From assembly GCA_963422375.2 (NCBI GenBank), contig OY729428.2, positions 2,368,001 through 2,432,000 on the forward strand: a stretch of DNA of 64,000 bases, given 5' to 3'. The notes under the pieces are model-generated. The model saw only the letters and a program-made list of their open reading frames with translations. It made no database searches and was not told the DNA's origin. Origin of the DNA: Bryobacterales bacterium. Lineage in GTDB: Bacteria > Acidobacteriota > Terriglobia > Bryobacterales > UBA6623. This document shows positions 49,661 to 62,000 of the stretch, piece by piece (the first letter of the stretch is position 1; every line of letters begins with the position of its first letter). A program made the translations under genes and the position numbers.

Positions 49661-50017
49661 TCAGAGCTCGCGCAGGTCGGCCAGCTGCTTGTTCAGCTCG
49701 TCGCCCTCGCTCCCGGCGCCCTCGCCGTCGCTCTTGCCGTCGCCGTCGCTCTTGCCGGCGCCGTCCTTCCCGTAGTAGCCGACATACATTTCGGGGTACC
49801 GGTAGAAGCTGTCGTCGCCCTGGATGCAGTAGGAGCACAGGCGGCTCGTGTATCCGACGGGCATGGAGGATCCGCACTCCATGCACTGCATTCCCGGGCT
49901 GGTGTCGTACTCGCGCGGGGGCTCGATCATGGGCGGGCGGTTACGCTTGGAGCCCATAGCACCCGGAGCCTTTCCGGGCGGGGGCGCGGGGTTACGCTTG
50001 GATGCCATGGCCCTCAT
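49661..50017 (-). CDS. 118-aa Zn-ribbon protein whose C-terminus duplicates part of the scaffold
   Basis: ATGA overlap with the giant gene stop; CMEC...CSYC; ends KSDGEGAGSEGDELNKQLADLREL. Confidence 0.6.
   Translation of the reverse strand: MRAMASKRNPAPPPGKAPGAMGSKRNRPPMIEPPREYDTSPGMQCMECGSSMPVGYTSRLCSYCIQGDDSFYRYPEMYVGYYGKDGAGKSDGDGKSDGEGAGSEGDELNKQLADLREL
49664..49756. repeat. About 93-bp direct repeat of 49033-49125
   Basis: Two mismatches visible by eye between the copies. Confidence 0.9.
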
Positions 50018-53000
50018 TCTCTCAGCATTTCCGCGCGGCCCTTGCCGTAAGTCTCGCCCCACCACTTGACCGCCCGCGCGAGACCGCGCCTCTCGTCGGG
50101 CTGCAGCGTGGCCAGGAAGCGCCGCCGGTCCGTGACGCCCAGCATGCCCAGGGGGTGCGCCCGCTTGAGCATGTCCGCGTACTCCTCGCGCTGGACCCGC
50201 AGCTCCTTCAGGCGCTCGAACCAGAACCGGGCCGCGTCGCGATCCTTGTAGCGCACGGCCAGGCGGTGATAGTAGTACGCCGCCGCCCGGTCGGACTGGA
50301 AGCCGCCGGCGTAGGCCTGGCCCTTCTCCTCCTTCAGCCAGCGGTAGGCCAGCGAGCGGACGCGCGCGTAGGAGCTCTCGCCGAGGTCCCGCATGTCCGC
50401 GGCCAGCGACGCCGCCGTGTTCCCGAAGCCTCGCGTGGGCCGGCCCAGCGTCAGGTCGTAGACGTGTTCCAGGCGGAACGCCTGGGCCAGGTGCCGCCCC
50501 TTGTCCCGGATCACTCGCGGGGACAGCGGCGCGGGGAACAGGCTCCTGCCCGCGGCGAGCTCCAGCGGCAGCTTGACCACGGGCACGACGCCGTTGATCA
50601 GGCGCTCGACCGGGGCCTTCGAGATCGCGGCCAGCACGTCTCCGAAACTGCCCCGGCCCTTGTCCACGTGGTCGAGCGCGACCCGTACGTCGTCGAGCCC
50701 GAACACGTTCAAGAAGTCCGACAGCGCTCCCGGCGTGCGCGCCATGACGACCTGGCCGTCCGCCGTCTTGCCGACGATCAGGTGCAGGCGGCGCTGGTCC
50801 TCCTCGCGCAGCTCCTCCTCCTCGTCGTCCCAGAAGAGCCGGTTGAAGATCTGGACGCCGGCCCAGAAGAGGAAGGCGCGGCTGCCCGCCCAGAGCGCCG
50901 CCCGCGTCCCCACGCTGACGCCCAGGTTGCGCATGCGCTCCTTCGCCCCGTAGCCCCTGCCGGCCTTGTAGGCGTTGCCGAACAGGCGCCAGTAGCGCTT
51001 GAAGTTGATCTCCTGCCACGACCAGAAGGGAACCAGCATCGAGCGCAGCTGCTGCCCGTAGACGCTGATCGCGCCGTAGTCGCCGACCGTCTCCCGGGCG
51101 ATGTAGGCCGCCCGGTCCCGGTCGTCGCCGATATGCTCGGCTACGGCCGGGTTGCCCGCGCCGTAGCCGACCGTCGGCATCAGCGCCTTGCTGTCCGTGC
51201 CGGCCGCCCGCTGCTCCGCGATGGAGTCGCGCACGGCCAGGTACACCGCGTAGCGCAGGATGTTCTCCCGCGCGGCGGTGGCCTTCGGCAGGTAGCTCCA
51301 GGCCTTCTTCACGCCGTTCCACGCGCCTCGGGAGAGCTCCCGGTCCACTTCGTTGCGCACGTCGTAGACCTCGGCCATCGACCAGCCCGCGTCGAACAGC
51401 CCGCGCTCGGCGGCCTCCCGGTAGTCCGCGCTCGGCGTCTTGCCCAGCACGGTCACGTCCCAGCTCTCGCGGGCGGCCCGCCGCGCCAGCTCGCGGCTGC
51501 GGCCTCTCCACAGCGCGGCCGGCCCGGGGAAGCCCGCGATCACGCCGTCCAGGTCCCCCGACACGTTGTTCATGTTGTATTTGAGGACCGAGAACGGATT
51601 GGTGAGCACCCAGCGCTTCCACCAGCGGACGATCGCCCGCGCCCATTCGAAGACCCAGGCGCCCTCGGACTTGTCGCCGAACGAATCCAGCGTGGCCGCC
51701 AGCTCGGCGGGCAGGGCCAGCTGGCGGCGCGGCCCGCCCAGCATCAGGCCCTCCCGGATGTTGTCCGTCAGCAGCTGGATCTCGGCCGCGCCGACCTGCG
51801 GGCCCTGCGCCCCGGGCGCCCGCAGCGCCTCCCCCAGGCGCTCCCGCAGGCGCTCGGCGATATGCTGCGGCACAGTGAGGGCGGTAAACAGCACGCGCCC
51901 CGGATCGGGCTGCCAGGCCGTCATCCGCTCGAATCCCGGAACCTCGTTCCGGCGCAGCCGCTCGAGCGCCTGCTGCAGGTCCCGCGGGTTCGCGTAGGCT
52001 TCGCCCAGGACGTCCCGCACCCGCGAGCGCTTGTCGCCGAGCGCCTTGAAGAGCCCCGCCGCCTCCCGCCCGACCTCGCCGGCGTTGTGCGCCAGCCACG
52101 CCGCCGCCTCCCACAGGCGCGGGTGATCGGCCTGCGGGGCGTCCTCCCGGCCGGTCGTCTCGTTCGTCACTTTGCGCGCCGCGACCGCGAGCGCGTCCAC
52201 GGCCTCGTCCAGCCCGCGGGGCAGCTTGGAAATCCACGGATCGCTCCGCTCGTACGCCGCCTCGATCGCCCGGGCGAGGAAGCCGAACTGCTTCGCGACG
52301 GCCGTGTTGGCCGCGTACAGGCCGCCGAACACGCGCAGCTCCGAGGCCTCGGAGCGCCGCTCGGCCCGCTCCCGCCTGTCCTCGATGCCCCGCAGGTACG
52401 CCATCGCGTCGTCGTAGCCGCTCGCGGCGAACGGCATCCTCTCCCGCCATTCCTCCGCGATCATCCCGTCGAGCAGACGCCGGTTCAGATCGTCGGCGCC
52501 CTTGCGCACCTCGCCGGAATAGTCGTACCTGCCGGCGATCTTCTCGATGGTGTCGGCCATCTTGATATCGACCAGGGCCTTCGCCAGCCAGTGGGCCTCG
52601 GCTTCGAGCAAGTCGGTGTTGATGAGCAGCTTGGTGCCCATGCGCCTGGCCCACCGGGGCCGCGCCACCTTCTTCGCCACGGGGTGCGACGCCGCCCGGG
52701 CGTATTCCAGCACCTGGTGGGTGACGTAGTTCTGCCGGGCCAGCGATTCGGGCGAGATGAGCCCCGCCGCGACCAGCTTCTGCGCGACCGAGCGGACGTA
52801 GGCCCGCCGCCTGCGAATCCGCAGCTGCAGGTCGGGCCGCTTCGCGAGCTCGGCGCGCACGCGCCGGCGCTCGGCGCGGAAGCTCTCCTCGCTGTCGAAG
52901 ATCGGCACGGCCCGGCCCCGCAGCACGTCCTCGGCCAGGTCCTCCATGAAGACGCCCCGCGCCAGCAGGTCCGCCTCGCTCCCGTCCAGCCCGCCCGCCA

Positions 53001-56000
53001 GCTTGCGCAGGTGCCGCGACAAGTCGGTCGCGGCCAGCGACGGAGCCGCTTCCAGCGCCCGCAGCCACTCGTGCGCGTCCGCGTAGCCCGCCGAGCGCGG
53101 CAGGTCGCGGTACGTGCGCACGAACATCTGCGCCTGCTCCTTGAGCCCGTCGCGGATGCGCTCGGCCAGCCCGGGACGGTCGCCCCGCACGCCCTTGCGG
53201 CCCTCCTGCCAGGCCCGCTCCTCCGCCTCGTCCTCGAAGCGGAACGCCTCGCCGGCCGCGCGAGACTCGCGGACGCCCCCGCCGGAGCGCTCGCCGGAGC
53301 CGAACTCGCGCCGCCCGACCTCGCCCGTCTCGATATCCACGTACACGTCCTCGGGCTTCACCCCGGCCGCGCCCAGCGCCTGGCCCAGCCGCCGCAGGAA
53401 GCGCCGCAGGCGGATGAACAGGCGCCTCGCGGCGGCGGCGAACCCGGGCTTGGAATAGTCGGCGGCCCATTCCGCGTAGGCCTCGGCCACCGCTTCCTCG
53501 TAGGCGCTCTCGGTCCAGCCGCCGCTGTCGTCCAGCAGCTCCGGATAGCGCCCGGCGATGTCGTAGCGGGCCAGCCAGCGCCCGTCCTCGCCCGCCGCGA
53601 CCAGCGCGCCCCATTCCTCCTCCGCGAACAGGCCGCTGTGCCGCAGCGCGTGGACGGCCTCGTGCCGCAGGGCCCGCAGCGCGTCCGGGCCGCCCAGCGC
53701 CACGCGCACGACCCCCGCCCAGCCCGGCGAGACCCCCTCCGGGTCGAACTGCCCTTGCGGCGGGCCGAAGAATCCCGGCTGGTCCAGCGCCTCGCCCAGG
53801 CTGATCGTCCCGCCCGATGCCAGCGTCTCGCGGGCGTCCAGGTCCGCCCGGGGCACCAGCCTCCGGAGCGTGTCCCGCAGCGCCTCGCGAACGGGCTCGG
53901 CCTTGGCCGGGGCGACGGTCCGGCGGTAGGGCCGCATGTCCCGCGGGCGGTCGGAGAGCGCAGCCTCCGGCGCGTCCCCCTCCTCCCGTCGCGCGTCCCG
54001 CCCGAGCTTCTCCTCGATCTGCCGCAACTCGTCCCTCAGCGCCTCCAGGCGCTCGTTCCCGGGAAATTCGCCTTCGATCCTGCTCTCCATGTCGTCGGCG
54101 GACCGGCGCAGACTCGACGCCTCGCTCTCCGACCGCTCGATGCCGCGCGCGACCCGCTTGATGTCGGCGGAGATCATGGCGGCGGGCGTGCTGCCGCGGC
54201 CGTGCTCGTACTTCTCCACGCCGATCTCAAGCACGAACGCGGTCTCGGCGTCCTTCCAGCGCCGCTCCTGCCCGAAGCCGGTTTCGCGCCCCTTGACGAG
54301 GCTCAGGTAGACGGTGCCGACCTCCTGTTCGTTGCCGTTCAGCATCGACGCCAGGGTCATGCCGTCCCTGTACCGGCCGGTCCTGGCGTTCTCCTCCTCC
54401 GCCTGCCTGTCCAGCTTCTCGGGGATGCCGCCGACGGCCTCCTTCCACGCCTTGGCCGACTTGCCCAGCTCGTAGGTCGCGCGGCCCTCGCCCGGCTCGC
54501 CGGTCCCGTGCGCCCGCTTGCGCCAGCTGACGTGCGTGACGGACTCCAGCACCGCGGCCTGCAGGCGCAGGTCCCCCGCCCGGGCGTCCGTCCGTTCGGC
54601 GCGCTCCCGCCGCGAGTCGGCCTCGATGCCGGCCTCGCGGCGCTCGTTGTCGTGGGCCTCCTTCAGGACCGACATGCGGGCTGCCTGCGCCTGCAGCTCC
54701 GCCCTCCGGATGTAGTCCGGGTTGTCGGCGAGCGCGGCCTGCATCTCGGACAGGCCCGACTCGCTGGCGAAATCGACCGCGCTCGATCCCACGTCCTCGA
54801 TCTCGCGATCCTGCACGAACCCCGCAGCCAGCCGCTGCAGGACGTGGCCCTTGTTCAGGACCTTCTCCCACATCAGGTTGTCCACGGTGCCCTTGACCCC
54901 GTAGTAGTAGATGCGCAGGTCCCAGCCGTACTCCCCGCTGAGGTTGCCCTGGCGCAGGCCGCGCCCGTTGCGCTGCTCCAGGTCGGCCGCGGTCCACGTC
55001 GGGTCCAGATGGTGCAGCGCGGCGATCCGTTCCTGGATGTTGGTGCCCCGGCCGCCCCGCGTGGAGGACGCCAGCACCACCCGCACCTCGCCCTCCCGGG
55101 CCTTCCGCTGCAGCTCCTCGCTGCGCAGCATGCCCGACCTCGTGCCCTCGTCCAGCTCCAGGAACGAGCCGATCTCACGCTCGGGGATCCCGCGCAGGGA
55201 CAGCTTGCGCGCGACCTCCCGCGCGAAGTGGAACTCGAACGCCGCGTGCTCCCTCTGCGGCGCGTGGCGGTCCATGAAGATCACCTGCACGCCCTTCCAG
55301 TCCGCCGTCCGCCGGTAGATGTCCTCCAGCTCGTCGGCCATCCGGTCGACTTTCGTCTGCCCCGTGTCCCCGTCGGGATGGTCCTCGCGCAGGCTGTCGG
55401 GCCATGTCAGGGGGTTGATCCAGCGCATGTCCGCGACGGCCTTGCGCCCCTTGTCGATCACCTGCAGGGGCGTCAGGGGCAGCTCGGCCGACTCGTGGCG
55501 CAGCTGCTTCATCAGCCACGCCAGGTACTCGTCCAGGTACCGGTTGCGCTCGATGGTGACCACCTGCGGCTTGCCCTTCCACAGCTTCGGGCGCTCCAGG
55601 CCGATCCCTTCCGCCGTCACCGAGTCGTTGTTCTGGGCGTAGTTGGCCACGAGCTCGGGGACGTTCGTGAACTTCTTGAACCGCCTGCGCTCCTTGACGT
55701 TCCGCCCGGTCGCGTCGTACTCCGTCACCGCCTCGACCCGGGCGAACGTCGCCGCCCAGGCGTCGAAATGCGAGATGCCCAGATGGCGCAGCATTTCCGG
55801 CTGCACGTAGCGCGCCAGGGTGAACATCTCCGCGATGCTGTTGCTCAGCGGCGTGCCCGAGGCCAGCACCGCCCGCCCGCCGGTCTGGCGCAGCTGCTCC
55901 AGCTTGTTGTAGAGCTCCAGCGACCGGGCGGCGCCTTCCGGCTGGATGCCGGCGATGCCGTCCAGCCGGGTGTCGAATTCCAGGTTCTTGTACAGGTCGG

Positions 56001-59000
56001 CCTCGTCGACCAGTAGCATGTCGATGCCGGTCTCCTCGAAGGGCATCGCGTCGTCCGGGAGCGTCGCCTCCCGCCCCAGCTCGAGCAGCCTGCTCTCCAG
56101 CCTGCGCGCCTCCTCCCGCAGCTGCCGGCCGACCGCGGGGCCCGACCCTTCCGGCAGCGTGGCGATCTCGGTCTGCACCTGGCCGAGCTCGCGACGGACG
56201 GTGGCGATCCTGGCGTTCGGGCCGGTGCGGACGTACTCGAGATGCTCGTGCGAGAGGATGACCGCGTCCCAGTCGAACTCGGCTATGCGGGCCACGGCCG
56301 TCTTCCGCCGCGCCATGCGCGCCTCGGCCTTGGCCGCGGAATCGCGCAGTCTCTCCAGGCGCGAGCTGTCTTGCGCGGACAGCTCGCCTCCCGCCCCGAT
56401 CCGCGCTTCCAGCCCCTCGATCTGCTCGACCCAGCCGGCGAGCCGGACGTAGTCCACCGGCTGGGGGACGTTCAGGACCAGCGCGCGGGCGGCCGGGAAC
56501 CATTGGCGGAATTCCCGGGCGAAGTCCCCCACCTTCTTCTTGGGCACCGCCAGCGCCGGCTTGCGCGCCAGGCCCATCTGCTTGGCCCGCACGGCCGCGC
56601 CGACCAGGATGAGCGTCTTGCCGGTCCCGACGGCGTGCGACAGGTACGCGAAGCGCTGCTGCAGCACGCGCCAGATCGCGTCCGCCTGGTGCTTGCGGGG
56701 CCGGTACCGCTCCCGCCGCGGCAGGCTAATCAGCGGGAAGTTCAGGAAGCCGCCGTCGAAGGTCCGCCGCACGTGGGCGTTGAACGCGTCGTTGTAGGCG
56801 CGTTCCAGCTCGCGGGCGGACGCGTCGCCCGCGGCGACCAGCCGCTCGAACTCCTCCTGGATGCGCTCCTTGATCTCCTCCGCCCGGGCCATCGACGCCT
56901 CGTCGATCACCGGCTTGCCGCTCTCCCCCTCCCTCCTGATCTTGCTCGTCGACTGGTTGAGCATGTCGTTGAAGATGTCTTGGAAGGTGAGCGTGCCCGC
57001 CCCGTAGGTGCGGGCGGCCAGCGCGGTGCCCTTCAGCGCGTGCTCCGAGGCGGGCGCGGCCCCGTAGGCGCGCCAGGAGTTCACCTTCGGCACGTGATCG
57101 ATGCGGAAGTGGCGCGCCTCGAAGCGATTCGACGCGCCGGAAGACCGGTTCGCGAAGTCCGCCAGGAACTCCCGGATCAGCCCGTGCGGGATCCACGGGC
57201 TGCCCAGGCGGTACGCGATCTTGTCGATGGCGATGTCCGCGGGCACCTTCTTCCGCAGCGCCTCGACGTTCCGCCGGTAGGCCGCGCTGGCCTCGGCCGC
57301 CGCCTCGGCCGCCGCCAGCTTCTCGCGCACGTTGCCCGACAGGTACTCGTCCGCCGTCACCCAGTCGTTCGTCGAGGGATCCCGGTACGCGCGGCCCCCC
57401 AAAGCGAGCGCCGTCTGGTCGCGCGACATGCCCGTCAGCCCGCTCATGTACCCGAGATCGACCCGGCCGTGGATGTTCAGGCTCCACCCCAGCGCGTCCT
57501 CCGGGCCGTCCGCCGTGCGCGGCTCGGCCGGCGGCTCCACCATGTCGCGGAAGAAGATATCCGTCTTGACCCACTCTTTCTCTTCCGTGTCCCACTTCTC
57601 CAGATCGAACACCAGGCGGTACTCGGGGTCGGCTTCGAACGGCGCCCTCCCGCCGGTGCCGAAGAAGACGCTCGCCCGGACGGCCTGCTGGATCGGCCCG
57701 TAGCCTCGGAAGCGGGCGCTCTTCTTCACGCGCCAGCCCTCGCGGAAGGTGTCGTAGAGCCTGTTGAGCAGCTTGCGCGCCTGCTCGATCCGGTCGCGGC
57801 CGGCCCCCCGCTGCCCCTGCAGGTACAGCAGCTTGCGCGCGGCGTCCCGCAGGGCGATCAGCCGCAGCAGGACGAATTTCTCCCGCTCCTTCGCCTTGGC
57901 GGTCAGATGCGAGGCGAACTCGACCTCGCGCAGCTTGCCGCCGACCTTCTGGTGCGGCACCCCGCCCTTGTCGACGTAGGCGTACTCGGGCACGTCGTCG
58001 GGAGTGGTGGCGAACCACTTGCGCCCGCGCCCCTCGCCTTCCGCGGCGCTCGCGGTCTCGTACCCTCCGTCCGGCAGCCGCGTCAGCGCGTCGTTCATCC
58101 GCCCCTGCAGGCCCGGGTCGGTCCCGGGCGCTCCGTCCGGCGAGGGGCCCGGCAGGGCCGCGGGCGCGAGATCGTCGCCCGTGCCGTCGGGGACCAGGGC
58201 CCGGCCGCCCAGCCACAGGGCGGCGGAGTTGCCCGCGCCGCCGACCCAGATCTCGTTGAGCCGCGTCTCCAGCCGCTCGTCGCCGAACCTGTCGCGATAC
58301 TCCTCCGCCACCGCCCAGCGGTCGGGGGCCCGCGCGGCGCCGTTCATCCATCTCCCCCAGCCGGCGTCCGCCTCCCCGGGCACCTTGCGGCGCAGGACCA
58401 GCACGTCGGCGGCCGGGGTGCCGCCCGCGTGGCGGTCCAGGAACGTGTACGGGAGGCGGATCGCCGCCACCAGGTCCGCGTGCTCGGACAGGATGCTCCG
58501 CGGCGATCCCCGGGCGTCCTGCCGCTCCATGTACCCGCTCTCGACCAGCGCGACGGCGACGCCGCCCGGGCGCAGCAGCTGGACCGTCTTCCAGAGCATG
58601 TAGGCCGAGAGCCGGGCGCCGTGGCGCCGGTTGTACTTCGGGTCCTTCGGCGCCTCGCCCGCCGCCGGCAGGTGCCCGATGGCCAGGTCGAACCAGCCGG
58701 CGGGCAGGGCGGCCTTCTCCAGCCCCTGCGGGTAGACCGCCGCCTGGCGGTACAGGCGCTTGGCGATCGCGGCCGCCACCGGGTCCGGCTCGACCAGGAA
58801 CAGTCCGTCCCGCACGCCGGCCAGCAGGCTGTCCGGAACCAGGCCCGCCAGGTGGCCGACGCCGGCCCCCGGCACGAGCACGCGCCCTCCGCGGAAGCCC
58901 GCCGCCTGCGCCACGTTCCACAGGAACGCTCCGGTCGTCCGGTCGATCTGCGCGGAGCCGCCCGCCAGCCGCTTCATCCGCTCGACGTCCTCGGCGCCGA

Positions 59001-62000
59001 CCAGCTCGAGCAGCCGCGAGCGGGCCGAGACGAGCCACTCGTAGCGGCGGGCCGCGCGGTCGCCGAAGACCCCGCGCAGGGGGAACCAGCCCGCGTACGC
59101 CGCCAGGTCGCGCTGCTCCCGGAGGGACGGAGCGCGCCTCTCCTCCCTCAGCCGGAAGAGGATCTCGAGCGCCCGGACGTTGCCTCGCGCCGCCGCCCGG
59201 AGCCCGTCCGCGACCCCCGGGGGGTGCCAGTCGCCGGGCTCGGAGCCGATGCGGTAGAGCGCCAGGCCGGCTTGCCCCCGAGCCAGGCCGGCCCGGGCTC
59301 CGGTTCCCCGCTCGCCGGTCTCCATTCCTCCGCCAGGGGCCGCGCCTCCGCCGGAATCCCGGTCCCTTCCTCCGTCGCCGTCCGGATCGCCGCCTGCGGC
59401 GCTCCCGCCGCCTTCAGGCGCCTCGCCGTCTCCGGCCGGGTCGCCCTTAGGCTCGCCCAGGCCGGTTTCCTTCCATCGGCCGTCCGGGCCGTCGCCGTCT
59501 TCCGCGCCTTGCTCACCCGTCGCTCCCTCCCCGCTCTCGTTCTCCAGCGGAGCGAACCCGCCCCTGTTGTCGAATATCGTCGGCTCGAGCCCGGATTCCC
59601 GCACCGTCTCCGGCAGCAGCGGAGCGGCGTACCCGACGAATTCGGCGTTGCCGCCGTCGCGCCAGTGCCAGCCGTAGTCCTGCGGGACGCTGCGGGCGCG
59701 CCGCCCGGCCCGGCCCGTCCGGTACCAGTAGCGCCCGTCCTCGGACGGGAGGTTCATGCCGGCTTCCCAGCTCTCGGGATCGATACCCATCGCGTCCCGG
59801 GCCCGCGCCAGCTCCCGCCCGCGCGCGTAGGGGGGCGCTTCCCAGCCCCGGCCGAGCGGGTACTGGCCGTGCCGGTCGAGCTCGAACGAGCCCTCCGGGA
59901 TGCGGAGCCTCCGGAAGAACTCCTGCCAGTTCGCGAAGAACGCCTCCCGCTCCGCTCGCCTCGGATACACGGTGGGCACGCCCTCCGGAGGCTCGATCGC
60001 GTAGTCGTCCACCAGGTACAGGGACTTGCGCCCGGCGAGCAGGTCGTGCACCATCGCCTCGAACGACCGCGCCCACAGCTCCTCGTCGTTGGCCCAGTAG
60101 CTCGCGTTCCCGGTCGCCTGCGACGCCTCGAGGTAATCGGTGGCGTAAGCGCGCCGCTCGGCGGAGCCCCCGTAGAGGCTCTCCGCCGCGAGCAGTTTGG
60201 AGAGCTCCGGCAGGACCACGGCGCGGGAATGCTCGTAGATCTGCGCCGAGCTCCGCTCCCGCGCCTCGGCTTCCCGCTCCTTCGCTTCGGCGTAGGCGTT
60301 CAGCCGGTCCAGAATCCGGTTGAACGCCTTGCGGTAGGAGGGCCGGTCCCTGAACGTCTCGCTCATCAACCGGTGCAGCGCGTCGCTGTCCGGGCGGTTC
60401 AGGTTGTTGCGCAGGAAGTGGTCCAGCGCGTGGCCCCACTCGTGGGCCAGCGTGCCGTCGCCGGCGACTTTCGTCACGTTGATGTGAAAGTCCTTCGGCT
60501 CGAAGAACGCCGCGGACGGCAGCGCGCCGCCGCGGCCGGTATGCGCGATGGATATCTTGAGCTGGCCCTTGAGGCCGATCTCGACCGGATCGAGGCCGAG
60601 CAGGTGGGCCAGGTCCATGAACCCGTCGTAGATCCAGTTGGCTCGGTCCTGCACCTCCCGGTCGCTCATGTAGCTCTCGCTGCCGGCCGTCACGCCCTTG
60701 AAGCCGAACTTCGACTTGAGCTCCTCCAAGCTCGCGTCGCGGCCGCCCTCGCGCCATTCCGGCATGCCCGCCCGGTCGGGCGGGTGATCCCGGTCGAACT
60801 TGTACGTGGGCCGGACGCTGCCCGGGTTCCCGACCGGGATCGTGTCCTCGATGCGCACGGACAGGGCCTCGACCATGCCGACGATGTTCGTGCGCTGGAT
60901 CTCGTACACCCCCCTCGCGCCGGTCGGCTCAGCGGTAGCCGTGCCCCCCCGGGCGATGTTGTCCACGAACCACTCGCCCAGCTCCGTCAGCTCGACGTTC
61001 TGCCGGACCCACGACTTCCGGAACAGGTCCCTCATGCGGAAATGGCCGGGCAGCTTGACGTACACGGCGGCCCGCAAGCTGTCGCGGGCCTGCTTCACCG
61101 TGTCGGCCCCCTTGACCGCTTCGGCTAGCGCGCCGTAAGCCGCGCTGTATTCCGCGGCCCACCCGTGGAGGTCCTCGAACGAGAACCGGCCCTCCCGGAC
61201 GAGTTCGTCGATGATCCTCTTGGAGCTCCGCCCGCGCGCGCGGAACAGGTTCTTGCGCTCCTCCAGCCATTTCAGGAAGGTCGGCTGGGCTTCGTAGACG
61301 AGATGCAGGTAGTGGTTCCGGCCCTCCGTGCCGCCGGGATTGCCGAAGTCCAGCAGCTTGGCCTTCTGCGTCATCCGGAGCAGCTTTTCCAGGTCCTCGC
61401 CGATCTCCGCCGCCTGCGCGCGCGCCTTTTTCCGGCTGTCCCGCCAGTAATCGATGACTTCCTCGCCCGCGGAGCGCTTGACCCGCGCGTACCGCTTGGC
61501 GGCCCTGGCGACGGCGGCGGTCGAGTCCATCGCCTTGTCGATGCCGCGCGAGATGACCTGGGGCGCCCTGCGCAGCGACTCGTAGGTCTTCTGCAGGTAG
61601 GGCCGGATGTTGTCCCCGGCGATCCGGATCATTCGGTCGGCGAAGTCCTGGAACTTGCGGGCGCCCAGGCTGAACACGTGCCGCCCGAGCTGCACGGCCT
61701 TGCCCAGTAGCTTCGGGTCCAGCGCCGGGGCCGCCAGCGCCAGCTCGATGCCCTCAGCCGTCCCGCCCAGGTACCAGGAAGCGAACGCTCCGGTGCCCAG
61801 GGCGGCCGCGCCCGCGGTCGATATCCCGGGGAGCCCGGAGAACATCCCGGCGAGTTCCTCTAGCTCCTTGTCCGTCTTGTCCCATTCGCCTATTTGTCCC
61901 TTTCCTTCATCCTGATCCTCCTCCTGATCCTCCTGTTGGTCCTCCTGCTGCCGCTGCTCCTGCGTCGAGGCGGCCTCGCCGGCAGCCTGCCCGGAGGACC

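Noticed and set aside
49033..49756. DGR template/variable repeat pair
   Set aside because: Only two mismatches, a low-complexity peptide, and no reverse transcriptase in the window.
50002..61128. Very long plus-strand ORFs (2004 aa and 1628 aa)
   Set aside because: Antisense shadows of the giant minus-strand gene caused by high-GC codon bias; no recognisable motifs.
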